NCBI GenBank assembly: GCA_964413715.1
Contig: CAYPSN010000001.1
Coordinates: 10,613-74,612, forward strand
DNA length: 64,000 nt
Direction of reading: 5' to 3'
From: an uncultured Candidatus Saccharibacteria bacterium
GTDB lineage: Bacteria; Patescibacteriota; Saccharimonadia; CAILAD01; JADZBC01
A program made the translations under genes and the position numbers. Below, in pieces: positions 40,829-49,687 of this stretch. Below the pieces are notes generated by a model. It was not told where the DNA came from. It ran no database searches and worked only from the letters and a program-made list of their open reading frames with translations. Numbering within the stretch: position 1 is the stretch's first letter; each line of letters begins with the position of its first letter.

Positions 40829-41242
40829 CTACTGATCGAGTTCGGCTTCTGGCTTACCCATTTTGGCACTCAAGACGACCTGGCGAGTTTCGCCCTCATT
40901 GTCTTTAATCTGGGTTTTTTGCGTTTCGTTGTAGTACGTAACTAAGTAATGGCTCATGATTTCTTGCAAATCCTTGAGCTTAGCACGGAAGTCTTCGAGG
41001 TCGGCATGGACTTTTTGATAATCAGTGTCGGCTTGAAGGACTTTCTTTGCAGTTTGTCGCTTTGTGCTGAGCTCGCTAATCTCTTCTTTGAGCTGCTGGT
41101 ACTCGTCGTTTTGTTCCTCAACATCCTTTAACTGCTCGCGAACTGTTTTAATTTTGTCCTTCGTTTCGCGAATTTCAGGCAATAAACGATGGATTGCATC
41201 GAGAGTATTGCGATCTTCTTCTGTTTTTGGTGTTTCCGACAT
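40829..41242 (-). CDS. Hypothetical coiled-coil protein
   Basis: 137-aa heptad-rich ORF with AAGGAGG SD. Confidence 0.75.
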   Translation of the reverse strand: MSETPKTEEDRNTLDAIHRLLPEIRETKDKIKTVREQLKDVEEQNDEYQQLKEEISELSTKRQTAKKVLQADTDYQKVHADLEDFRAKLKDLQEIMSHYLVTYYNETQKTQIKDNEGETRQVVLSAKMGKPEAELDQ

Positions 41243-41279
41243 GAACCCTCCTTAGTTTTGATACCAAATGATTATAGCG

Positions 41280-42464
41280 TTAGCTGGCGGTCGTGCCAAC
41301 TATGGTGAGCTCGTGTTCGGCTCTGGTTATGGCTGTATACAACCAGCGTCGCCAGTCTTCATCGCTCATTTTGCTAAAACGCTCTTCGAACAGAAGCACT
41401 CGGGGCGACTGAGAGCCCTGTGCCTTGTGGACGGTTAGCGCATAGCCAAAGTCAAATAATGCCCCTACGGTGTCGCCGGGCGCCTTTGAAGCATGCTTGA
41501 TCGTCTCTTTAGCGCCAAATTGCTCTTTTAAAACGTAGCCAGCATAGGTCGTGTTTTCGCTATCGAAATAAATCTCCGCCCAGTACCAGCTATTGGTTTC
41601 ATCGTCCGGTGCAGGCTCAATACTAACTATTGTACCGATTAGACCATTGTAGAGGTGCTCGCTGCGCATATTGCGCAAACACACTACCACATCGCCGATG
41701 GTGGGCTCGACCGATTCGATATCGCGTAGCGAACGAATGTGCTGATTAAGTCGGATGCGGGTGTGATTGTAGCCGCAGAGCACCATGAGGTCCCCCTGCC
41801 AGTTAGCGAGTGCTTCCTCGACCACCGTGCCAGTTTCTGGACTAAACTTATCGAGTTTCGTCACCCCTGGGCCGTAGTCTTGCACAGGTATGTTGCCATC
41901 ACGCCGTGCCATGCTGGCCAATTGTATGATTGGACTGTTGGCTTCTTGGCGAAAAATCTGCTCTAGTTTGAGCTGCGGTGATGACATCAAGTTGAAGCCA
42001 GAGTTAATTGGCGGCAATTGCCCATGATCGCCGACGGCTAGGATGGGGATATGAAACGTTAAAAGGTCGTTCCAAATCAGCTCATCCACCATGCTGGCTT
42101 CGTCGACAATGATAAAATCGTAATCTAGTTGGGCTTTAAGCTCCCAGCTCGTGTGGCCATCGCGGTTGGTCGTGCTGTTGTAAATGAGTGAATGAATGGT
42201 AGAGACATTATCGCCTCGCCGCAGTGTTTTTTGCTCGCGTAGTTTTTGCTTGAGTACCTGCGAGGCTTTTCCGGTGTAAGCGCAGAAAGCAACTTTTGTA
42301 GACGCTTCATATTCGTTTAATGCTTGCCTGAGGAAGGCAATAAGCGTGGTTTTACCAGTTCCTGCATAGCCACCGAGCGTGATAAAAGGCGACTGCTTGT
42401 TGCGGTACCAATTGCCAATCTCGCGTAATGCCGTGGCTTGGTCTTGTGAGAGTGTATAGGCCAT
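41280..42464 (-). CDS. SF1B helicase, RecD/Dda-like
   Basis: GYAGTGKT, STIHS, VDEASMV, GDHGQLPP, YALTVHKAQGS, YTAITRA. Confidence 0.9.
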   Translation of the reverse strand: MAYTLSQDQATALREIGNWYRNKQSPFITLGGYAGTGKTTLIAFLRQALNEYEASTKVAFCAYTGKASQVLKQKLREQKTLRRGDNVSTIHSLIYNSTTNRDGHTSWELKAQLDYDFIIVDEASMVDELIWNDLLTFHIPILAVGDHGQLPPINSGFNLMSSPQLKLEQIFRQEANSPIIQLASMARRDGNIPVQDYGPGVTKLDKFSPETGTVVEEALANWQGDLMVLCGYNHTRIRLNQHIRSLRDIESVEPTIGDVVVCLRNMRSEHLYNGLIGTIVSIEPAPDDETNSWYWAEIYFDSENTTYAGYVLKEQFGAKETIKHASKAPGDTVGALFDFGYALTVHKAQGSQSPRVLLFEERFSKMSDEDWRRWLYTAITRAEHELTIVGTTAS

Positions 42465-42498
42465 AGGTATCTATTGTAGCAAAAAGAGCTAACAGTAA

Positions 42499-43191
42499 TT
42501 ACTTATGCGTATGTCGTTTTGGCAAGCTGCGAGCGTAATCTACGATCTCGTCAAGGTCGTCGAGAATCGTAAAAAGGTTGAAGTCGGCTTCAGTAACAGT
42601 GCCATAATCTTCTAAAAACGTCGTGCGCATGGTTCGCTCGAGTGGACGCCAGAAATGTGAACCCACACAGACTATGGGGATTGGTGGGATCTTACGTTCT
42701 TGCTTGAGCGTGATGAGTTCAAAAAACTCATCCATGGTTCCAAAACCACCAGGGAAGAATAGGTACAGTCGGGCGGCGAAGGCCAACATGACTTTGCGCG
42801 TAAAGAAATAATGAAAATCTATCTGGTCGGTTAGGTATTGATTGGGTTTTTGATGGTGTGCTTCGAGTTCGATGGTAAGTCCAACAGACCGCCCTCCTGC
42901 TTCGTGCGCGCCACGGTTGGCAGCCTCCATAATGCCAGGGCCACCGCCGGTCACTACAGTGTAGTCGAGCTCGGTGACTAAGCGCGCTGCGAGTTGTCTG
43001 GCCTGTATGTATTGCTGGTGTTTTTCCTGCAGCTGTTTTGAACCAAAGAATGACACCACCTTATTGAGGTTTTCAACCAGAGTAAACCCGTCGTTCAGCT
43101 CTTGTGTTATTTCGCACATTCGCGCGTCGTCGGCGGTGCCATTTGCTTGGCAGACATTGCGAATTTCTTGTAGCGTCCAGGGTTTTTGCAT
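42499..43191 (-). CDS. LOG family (TIGR00730) nucleotide phosphoribohydrolase
   Basis: TGGGPGIMEAANRGA, RKVM, PGGFGTMDE; start at ATG 43191 (TATACT 6 nt upstream). Confidence 0.9.
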   Translation of the reverse strand: MQKPWTLQEIRNVCQANGTADDARMCEITQELNDGFTLVENLNKVVSFFGSKQLQEKHQQYIQARQLAARLVTELDYTVVTGGGPGIMEAANRGAHEAGGRSVGLTIELEAHHQKPNQYLTDQIDFHYFFTRKVMLAFAARLYLFFPGGFGTMDEFFELITLKQERKIPPIPIVCVGSHFWRPLERTMRTTFLEDYGTVTEADFNLFTILDDLDEIVDYARSLPKRHTHK

Positions 43192-43246
43192 AGCTAAAGT
43201 ATACCGCAAAATTCTTATGCTCTACTAGTCGTGGTATGATCTAGCT

Positions 43247-45031
43247 ATGATGCGACGACTTAAGTTTGTCCTACTCGGTTTAGTTCTGGCGACTATGCTG
43301 TTTGCTCGGCCGGCCCGTGCCGATGTAAATGACTTTAGCTTTAAGAGCTTTGAGACTGATTATTATCTGACGCGCGACGAAAACAAGGTGGCGCAAGTGA
43401 AAGTCGTGGAAAAACTTGTACCCATCTTTCCATACTATGATCAGAATCACGGCTTACGGCGAGCAATCCCGAAGACGTATAAGGGTAAAAGCTTAGGTCT
43501 AAGCGTTGCGTCGGTTACGAATGAGAATGGTGCGCCTCGGGCGTATGAAACTGTCAGTGAGAATGATAATTTGGTTTTGCTCATTCGGGATAAGGAATTT
43601 GTTCGTGGTGAACAGACGTACGTTATTACGTACACCATGCGTAACGTCATGACATTTTACGACGGATATGACGAGTGGTATTGGGATGTTAACGGCGATC
43701 AATGGAAGCAGCAGTTTGGTAGCGTGGCGGCGCGCATCCATATTCCCGAGGCTTTAGCGCCAAGTCTTCTGCGGCAGCAAAAATGTTTTACAGGTGCGTA
43801 TGGCTCAACGGCTTCAAGCTGTACGATTATTCGTAGCCCCGAAACCGGAGGCATAGTCGTGAATGTGGCGGCGAGCCAAACGCTTCAGCCGGGAGAAAAC
43901 CTAAGCTTTGTATTAGCTTTTCAGAAAGGCACCTTTGCAGCGTATAAGATGTCTTCTTGGCTGATACTTGCCCTTATTTTGGGAGGATTCCTGATCTTTG
44001 TCTTGCCCCCGCTCATTGCATTTATTGTTATGCTACGACGTTGGCTTAAGTTTGGCCGAGATGGTAAAGGGCGCGGTGTGATTATCGCGCAGTATGCGCC
44101 AGAGCCTAATGTGCATCCACTTTTGGCCGACATGTTGCGTCATGAGCACCTAGAAACGAATGCAATTACTGCTTGCTTGATTGACCTGTGTATTAAAGGC
44201 TATATGAAGCTCTACGAGGTTGAGGAAAAAAGGCTCTTTGGCAAAAAGACAGACTACGAGCTTGAGTTAACAAGCAAAGACATAATGGCTTTGACGGAAT
44301 CGCAGCGTCAAGTAATTAAAGCTGTGTTTGGCTTCACGTCGGCGGGCACTCGAATTAAGCTAAGTGATTTATCTGGAGAAATTTATAAGAAGTTTCAGCC
44401 AATCGATACTGCCGTAGCCAAAGAGGCGACCGAGCAAGCGCTTTTTACGGCTGATCCCAGTAAAGTTCGCGAGCAGTATCGCAAAAAAGCCATATGGCTG
44501 ATTGTGCCATCGGTGCTCATTCTGTTTATCCCAGTCGTGGGTTGGTTTAGTTTCGGCTTTCTCGTGGCCGGAATCGTCGTCATGGTGTTTGCTCAGGCAA
44601 TGCCGGCCAGATCGGCCAAGGGCGCGGCGAGTCTGGAATACCTAAAAGGTATCAAGCTGTATATGCAAATGGCCGAAGCCGACCGTATTAAGATGTTGCA
44701 AAGCCCCGAAGGAGCTGAAAAAATCACTATTGATCCGACAAACAAGGCACAATTGGTGAAGCTTTATGAGAAGCTGCTGCCCTATGCCATTCTCTTTGGT
44801 ATAGAGTCTCAATGGGCAAAACAGTTTGCTGAAATGTATACCCAGCCACCTAATTGGTATGTGGGCAAAGGGGCGTTTAATGCTGTAGCGTTTTCGCACG
44901 CAGTGAGCGATTTTAGTAGCGTTTCGTCAGAGAGTTTTAGCCCACCATCAAGCTCAGGTTCGAGTGGTTTTTCTGGCGGCGGCGGTTTTTCTGGCGGCGG
45001 CGGCGGTGGTGGTGGCGGTGGCGGGCTGTAA
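43247..45031 (+). CDS. DUF2207 family membrane protein
   Basis: Signal peptide, YWDVNG, TM segments, LPYAILFG, Gly/Ser-rich C-terminal tail. Confidence 0.85.
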   Translation: MMRRLKFVLLGLVLATMLFARPARADVNDFSFKSFETDYYLTRDENKVAQVKVVEKLVPIFPYYDQNHGLRRAIPKTYKGKSLGLSVASVTNENGAPRAYETVSENDNLVLLIRDKEFVRGEQTYVITYTMRNVMTFYDGYDEWYWDVNGDQWKQQFGSVAARIHIPEALAPSLLRQQKCFTGAYGSTASSCTIIRSPETGGIVVNVAASQTLQPGENLSFVLAFQKGTFAAYKMSSWLILALILGGFLIFVLPPLIAFIVMLRRWLKFGRDGKGRGVIIAQYAPEPNVHPLLADMLRHEHLETNAITACLIDLCIKGYMKLYEVEEKRLFGKKTDYELELTSKDIMALTESQRQVIKAVFGFTSAGTRIKLSDLSGEIYKKFQPIDTAVAKEATEQALFTADPSKVREQYRKKAIWLIVPSVLILFIPVVGWFSFGFLVAGIVVMVFAQAMPARSAKGAASLEYLKGIKLYMQMAEADRIKMLQSPEGAEKITIDPTNKAQLVKLYEKLLPYAILFGIESQWAKQFAEMYTQPPNWYVGKGAFNAVAFSHAVSDFSSVSSESFSPPSSSGSSGFSGGGGFSGGGGGGGGGGGL

Positions 45032-45268
45032 TTAGTCCTGCTTCGAGCTGTTTTTTACTTTTTGCCTTGCGAGCTCATATTTTTGCTTGGCCTTTTCGAG
45101 TAATCCTTTAGCCCAGGCAAATTCAGTGGCGAGGACTGCCAAGCCCACAATGACAAATAGAAAGCCCGGTCCAGGCAGCACAAAGAAGGCAAAGCCCAAC
45201 ACAATGATCGTGCCGCCGATCAGTGCAACGGCAAATTTTTTGGTATGTCGAAAGGCCAAATCAATCAT
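45032..45268 (-). CDS. Small membrane protein, PGPGW family
   Basis: VLPGPGFL..LATEFAWA; real start ATG 45268 with TATACT 7 nt upstream. Confidence 0.8.
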   Translation of the reverse strand: MIDLAFRHTKKFAVALIGGTIIVLGFAFFVLPGPGFLFVIVGLAVLATEFAWAKGLLEKAKQKYELARQKVKNSSKQD

Positions 45269-45326
45269 ACTAACAAGTATAGCGCACATTGGCTTATGGC
45301 TGGCTGAAAATGTATAATCTTGAGTA

Positions 45327-46067
45327 ATGATAGAGCTACGAGGTGTAACCAAGACATATGGTGAGGGCGAAGGGGCTTTTACAGCACTCTTTAATATCGA
45401 TTTAGTTCTCGAAGAGGGCAGTACAACTGCAGTTATTGGCAAAAGTGGGTCGGGCAAGTCGACACTCATGCATATTATGAGTGGTCTGGATCACCCCTCG
45501 GAAGGCGAAGTTTTTGTGGACGGCAAAAGCTTGCAGAAGATGAAGTCGCGCGAGATGGATACGTTTCGTTCACATACTATGAGCTTTATCTTTCAGGCAT
45601 TCTTTGTGGAAGCGAATCAAACTTGCTTGCAGAACGTTATGTTGCCCCTTGAAATAGCCAAAACCAGTCGTCGCGATCGCAAAAAGCGCGCCCTTGAGGC
45701 GCTTGAGTCAGTGGATTTGGCTGACAAGGTCAATTCTTTGGCTGGCAATCTGTCGGGTGGTCAAAAGCAGCGCTTGGCAATCGCTCGGGCGATCGTAATT
45801 AAGCCAAAGATTATTTTTGCGGATGAGCCAACCGGTAACTTAGACAGCACCACTGGCGAGATGGTAATTAAACTCTTGTTTGAGCTTAATCGGAAATTGG
45901 GCTGCACCTTGGTGGTGGTGACCCACGATCAGGAATTGGCAGAGCGCTGTGAATGCCAAGTACACATGAAAGACGGAGCAATTAGTCAGATTTGTGGCGT
46001 TAAAGCACCTAAAGAAGTAGTCAAAAAACCCCGCAAAAAGTCGAGCAAAAGGGGAGCAAAGTCATGA
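45327..46067 (+). CDS. ABC transporter ATP-binding protein (LolD/MacB-like)
   Basis: GKSGSGKST, LSGGQ, ADEPTGNLD, VTHD. Confidence 0.93.
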   Translation: MIELRGVTKTYGEGEGAFTALFNIDLVLEEGSTTAVIGKSGSGKSTLMHIMSGLDHPSEGEVFVDGKSLQKMKSREMDTFRSHTMSFIFQAFFVEANQTCLQNVMLPLEIAKTSRRDRKKRALEALESVDLADKVNSLAGNLSGGQKQRLAIARAIVIKPKIIFADEPTGNLDSTTGEMVIKLLFELNRKLGCTLVVVTHDQELAERCECQVHMKDGAISQICGVKAPKEVVKKPRKKSSKRGAKS

Positions 46068-47446
46068 TTTTACGTGATTTAGTTGCTCGCTCTGGGCGTA
46101 ATCTACGCAATGCTAAGGCTCGCACGCTCTTAACCGCTGCTGCGATTGCGGTTGGAACTTTTGCCCTAACTTTAACGCTGGCAGCGAGTAATGGTGCTAC
46201 AGCTTTTGTAAACAAAATTATCGCTGAGAACTTTGACCCGGCGGAACTGATCGTAGCCAAAGACTCGTCTATTTTTGGTAACGGTGGGTCAAATACGAAA
46301 CCGCGCGAATATGACCCAAGTTTCGGTACTGGTGTGTCGAATTCTGGGGCAGTTACTCAGATTAAGCGCATCACCGATGACGATATTGCGGTGATCAAGA
46401 GTGTTGATGGGGTTGTGAATGTGCGCGAGGACATTACGGTTAATCTGCGCTACATTACTCGACCTAACCAAAAGAAGTATGTCGCCTCATTAGCGGCCTT
46501 TAGCCCCGCACAGCGCCCAACACTGCTAGCTGGCGAGATTGACGACGGAGGCGTGATAGGAAAGAACGCCATCTTATTACCCGAAAGCTACGTGAGTGCT
46601 CTTGGTCTTAAAAATGCTGAAGATGCCATTGGTAAAACAATCACAGCATCGATTACGAAGTCACCCGCTTCGAGCGACATCAGCGTAGCTGCATTAAGAG
46701 CGGGCGCGAGCTCTCCAGCTGACCTCGCAAAATTGAGTGAGCAAGTTAGCGTTGAGCGCAATCTCACGATTGCTGCGGTAACGAAGAAGCCCACCACAGC
46801 ACAGCCTGGTACGGAATTATACTTATACGCCGATGCTGATACAGCACGTGAGCTGAATGATATTACCACCCAAGGAACGGCCAACTATCGTAAGTATGCC
46901 TATGTTTTTGCCAAGGTGGAAGGCGGCGAAAACGAAGCCACGCTCAAGGCTGCTCAAGACGAGCTCAAGAAAAAAGGTTTTGTAGTGCAGAGTGTCAAGG
47001 AGGCTCAAGAGTTCTTGACGAACATTATCTCGATTCTACAAGGGATTGTAGCTGCCTTTGCGGCAATTGCCATCATTGCTTCGGTTTTTGGTATCGTGAA
47101 CACTATGTACATTAGCGTTCTGCAGCGCACGCGTGAGATTGGCCTTATGAAAGCACTTGGCATGCGTAAGCGTGACATTGGTAGGCTATTTCGTTTTGAG
47201 GCCGCCTGGATCGGCTTTATTGGCGGCGTGATTGGCTCCCTTGTGGCGGTTGCGCTTGGATCTGCGCTGAACCCCTGGATCACCAAGACGCTTGATTTAG
47301 GCAACGGTAATTCTTTACTCATCTTTAAGCCAGTCGAAATAGCCGAACTTGTGGTGGTGCTTATGATCGTGTCGATTTTGGCTGGTTGGTTGCCATCGCG
47401 CAAGGCCGCCAAGCTCGATCCGATTGAAGCGTTAAGGACAGAGTAG
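46064..47446 (+). CDS. ABC transporter permease (MacB/FtsX family)
   Basis: RTLLT, NTMYISVLQRTREIGLMKALG, AAKLDPIEALR. Confidence 0.92.
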   Translation: MILRDLVARSGRNLRNAKARTLLTAAAIAVGTFALTLTLAASNGATAFVNKIIAENFDPAELIVAKDSSIFGNGGSNTKPREYDPSFGTGVSNSGAVTQIKRITDDDIAVIKSVDGVVNVREDITVNLRYITRPNQKKYVASLAAFSPAQRPTLLAGEIDDGGVIGKNAILLPESYVSALGLKNAEDAIGKTITASITKSPASSDISVAALRAGASSPADLAKLSEQVSVERNLTIAAVTKKPTTAQPGTELYLYADADTARELNDITTQGTANYRKYAYVFAKVEGGENEATLKAAQDELKKKGFVVQSVKEAQEFLTNIISILQGIVAAFAAIAIIASVFGIVNTMYISVLQRTREIGLMKALGMRKRDIGRLFRFEAAWIGFIGGVIGSLVAVALGSALNPWITKTLDLGNGNSLLIFKPVEIAELVVVLMIVSILAGWLPSRKAAKLDPIEALRTE

Positions 47447-47455
47447 GAGAAAACT

Positions 47456-47707
47456 ATGCTAATTGATGTGCGTACAGCAGAAGAATATGCCGAAGGACAC
47501 CTAGAAGGCGCAATAAACGTGGAGCTGGCTGAGGATATGGCTATTAAACTGCCGACCGAGGCCAAGGGGCAAACACTGGAGCTGTACTGTCGCAGCGGCG
47601 GCAGGGCAGGAACTGCCGCACAGTTACTTACGCAGGCTGGCTATCAAGTCAAGAACATAGGTGGGATTGATGATTTAGTGGCTCAGGGATATAGTAAGGC
47701 TGAGTAA
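47456..47707 (+). CDS. Rhodanese-like domain protein
   Basis: IDVRT..EY..GHLEGA, YCRSGGRA. Confidence 0.9.
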   Translation: MLIDVRTAEEYAEGHLEGAINVELAEDMAIKLPTEAKGQTLELYCRSGGRAGTAAQLLTQAGYQVKNIGGIDDLVAQGYSKAE

Positions 47708-47721
47708 TTGGGAGAATACCT

Positions 47722-47901
47722 ATGGACGAGAAGAAAAAGAAAGATTTAGAAGAACAAAAGTGTGGTGGCTTGTTTGTGCCTGCCGGGGTCTTGCTTGGCA
47801 CCGGTCTGGGCTTTGCATATGGCAATATACCCGCTGGCGCACTGATTGGTCTTGGCGTAGGTTTTACTGTATTCGCGCTTATTACAGTTTTTAAGAAGTA
47901 G
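47722..47901 (+). CDS. Small Gly-rich membrane protein (59 aa, below the ORF-track cutoff)
   Basis: GGAG SD; MDEKKKKDLEEQKCGGLFVPAGVLLGTGLGFAYGNIPAGALIGLGVGFTVFALITVFKK*. Confidence 0.65.
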   Translation: MDEKKKKDLEEQKCGGLFVPAGVLLGTGLGFAYGNIPAGALIGLGVGFTVFALITVFKK

Positions 47902-47910
47902 CAGGTCGAT

Positions 47911-47962
47911 ATAAACGAAAAGGACCCCCGAACGAATCGGGGGTCCTTTCGTTCAGGGGTCG
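47911..47962 (-). repeat. Conserved 3' structured element, copy 1
   Basis: Minus strand: CGACCCCTGAACGAAAGGACCCCCGATTCGTTCGGGGGTCCTTTTCGTTTAT. Confidence 0.92.
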
Positions 47963-47971
47963 GGCGGGCAG

Positions 47972-48415
47972 CTAGGGCCTGCGCTCCGGCTTCAACTCCA
48001 GATCGAGCTTGGCAAGCGAAGCTTCGACCAGCTCGAGACATGCAGCGCCGAAGCCCGTAATGGCGCGCAGCTCACTGGCGTCACGCTGTACGAGTTCGCC
48101 AACGGTGTTGATTCCTGCTCGTCGGAGGCATTCGGCCGTTCGAGTCTTCACTCCCTGCGTGAAGGGGACCCCCTCGAGCTTGATGTTCAGAAGGTCCTCG
48201 ATGTTCATCTTGAGAGTCTCGTGGCCTCGGCCAATGAACTCGGTGGTGATGTGCCTCTCTTCCACTCGGATTACGGCTCTCACTACGAGACCGTGGTATC
48301 GACCTTCCAGTGCCTCGATGTCATTCAAGGCGCTCAGGATTGCTAGGTGTTCTCCCGTAAGGCTGATTTCGACATCTGCCTTTTGGGGTACGACTTCGGA
48401 TCCGAAATCGGGCAT
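47972..48415 (-). CDS. Cassette ORF A: protein with a C-terminal RNA polymerase alpha-CTD-like domain
   Basis: RTAECLRRAGINTVGELVQRDASELRAITGFGAACLELVEASLAKLDLELK matches the RpoA-CTD pattern; no alpha-NTD. Confidence 0.8.
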   Translation of the reverse strand: MPDFGSEVVPQKADVEISLTGEHLAILSALNDIEALEGRYHGLVVRAVIRVEERHITTEFIGRGHETLKMNIEDLLNIKLEGVPFTQGVKTRTAECLRRAGINTVGELVQRDASELRAITGFGAACLELVEASLAKLDLELKPERRP

Positions 48416-48476
48416 TGCAGTGGCCTTTTGTTCTCTGCGGGGCTACCGCAGCACATCCACGGTGGATGATTAGCAA

Positions 48477-48505
48477 ATAATATCACAAATATAGTAAAAA
48501 GTCAA
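48477..48505 (-). promoter_or_regulatory. Sigma70 promoter of cassette A
   Basis: TTGACT-17 bp-TATTAT with extended TG. Confidence 0.75.
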
Positions 48506-48512
48506 TATCATT

Positions 48513-48562
48513 ATAACGAAAGGACCCCTGAACGAATCGGGGGCCTTTTCGTTCAGGGGTCG
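48513..48562 (-). repeat. Conserved 3' structured element, copy 2
   Basis: Minus strand: CGACCCCTGAACGAAAAGGCCCCCGATTCGTTCAGGGGTCCTTTCGTTAT. Confidence 0.92.
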
Positions 48563-48580
48563 GTTTGATGGTGGGCCAGG

Positions 48581-48958
48581 TCAGCGGCTGAGGATGACCG
48601 TGCAGGATGGGTTGTCCTGGATCAGCCAGTCACCGTTGTACTGGACCAGCTTGCCATCACAGACCTTGCTGGTCTTGGAGCTGTCTGTCAAGGTGTAGCG
48701 CACGGACCTATTCCAGACCGAGAGCTCGACCACGTGGATCTTGTCGTAGTGCGACTCGACCTCCGTCGTGACACGGGCATCTTCCTTGGCCCGGCTCTCA
48801 TCCACGAGGTACATGCCATTGGCGAAGACCACGAAGATGACGGCCAGTACCCCGAAGGCGATGGCTGGCTTCCAGTGTTTCTTGGAGATCAGCAGGACAC
48901 CGGTGGCGACTGCGAGCACTCCCGCCATCATCAGTGCGACGATTACTTCTGCGCTCAT
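48581..48958 (-). CDS. Cassette ORF B: hypothetical protein with two N-terminal TM helices
   Basis: AAGGAGG SD; strongly G/C-ending codons; two hydrophobic helices, then a soluble domain with two Cys. Confidence 0.8.
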   Translation of the reverse strand: MSAEVIVALMMAGVLAVATGVLLISKKHWKPAIAFGVLAVIFVVFANGMYLVDESRAKEDARVTTEVESHYDKIHVVELSVWNRSVRYTLTDSSKTSKVCDGKLVQYNGDWLIQDNPSCTVILSR

Positions 48959-49000
48959 GGCGCCTCCTTGTTCGGGGCCTCAGATTTAAGGCTGAAGGGT

Positions 49001-49029
49001 ATATTAGCATATTATGCAATAAAAGTAAA
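49001..49029 (-). promoter_or_regulatory. Sigma70 promoter of cassette B
   Basis: TTTACT-17 bp-TAATAT with extended TG. Confidence 0.7.
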
Positions 49030-49051
49030 TACATACAAGGTTTTTTGTGTA

Positions 49052-49101
49052 ATAACGAAAAGACCCCCGAACGAATCGGGGGCCTCTTCGTTCGGGGGTC
49101 G
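49052..49101 (-). repeat. Conserved 3' structured element, copy 3
   Basis: Minus strand: CGACCCCCGAACGAAGAGGCCCCCGATTCGTTCGGGGGTCTTTTCGTTAT. Confidence 0.92.
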
Positions 49102-49113
49102 GGTTGTGCCGGC

Positions 49114-49533
49114 TCAGCCGGAGGTGATGACCAGCTTGATGTCGGCGAAGGCGTAGGTCAGCGCCTGCTCGAACTCCAGGTCCTCGCCGATGCCGTGGCC
49201 GAAGTGCTCTCGAACGTCGACGGCTCGGATCACCTCGGTCTCCATGAGCACGCCCAGGGCGTGGTCGATGACCTGTGCCTTGAGCTTCTCCTGCGGATCG
49301 CTCCGCTTGGTGTCGATCAGGACCACACGGTTGTGCAGCTGGCTGAGCTTCTCGTGCTTCTCGTGGAGTCGGCCCTCGACGTTGATCACTGCATGTTCTG
49401 CAAGGATCTGGAAGCGCCCAGAGGTCACGATGGTCTGGATCTGGCCATCGTCACCCGTGAAGCGCAGGCTTCCGTCGGGCATGGTGGCCAAGAGGCCTAC
49501 CTGCAGGGCAGGCGTGGTTGCAGTTGCAGCCAT
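49114..49533 (-). CDS. Cassette ORF C: hypothetical soluble protein (139 aa)
   Basis: AAGGAG SD; strongly G/C-ending codons; no recognised family. Confidence 0.8.
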   Translation of the reverse strand: MAATATTPALQVGLLATMPDGSLRFTGDDGQIQTIVTSGRFQILAEHAVINVEGRLHEKHEKLSQLHNRVVLIDTKRSDPQEKLKAQVIDHALGVLMETEVIRAVDVREHFGHGIGEDLEFEQALTYAFADIKLVITSG

Positions 49534-49568
49534 GTCGGTTCTCCTTCGTGAGTGGATGACAGTACATA

Positions 49569-49597
49569 ATTATGCATGATTAATTCAAAAATGTCAA
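49569..49597 (-). promoter_or_regulatory. Sigma70 promoter of cassette C
   Basis: TTGACA-17 bp-CATAAT. Confidence 0.75.
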
Positions 49598-49620
49598 TAT
49601 TAAAGAGACATTTTCATTCT

Positions 49621-49670
49621 ATAACGAAAAGGCCCCCGAACGAATCGGGGGCCTTTCCGTTCAGGGGTCG
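49621..49670 (-). repeat. Conserved 3' structured element, copy 4
   Basis: Minus strand: CGACCCCTGAACGGAAAGGCCCCCGATTCGTTCGGGGGCCTTTTCGTTAT. Confidence 0.92.
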
Positions 49671-49687
49671 TGTTGTGAGGCCTGCCT

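Noticed and set aside
44950-45031. GGC/GGT microsatellite as a contingency locus
   Set aside because: It encodes the usual Gly-rich tail of DUF2207 proteins.
47911-49670. 50-nt repeats as integron attC sites
   Set aside because: The hairpin is bounded by AAC...GTT, but it spans only ~39 nt, lacks RYYYAAC/GTTRRRY and L-box extrahelical bases, every unit has its own promoter, and no intI is in the window. A remote recombinase is not formally excluded.
47911-49670. Repeats as a CRISPR array
   Set aside because: The intervening sequences are ~490-550 bp whole genes with promoters, the repeats are degenerate, and there are no cas genes.
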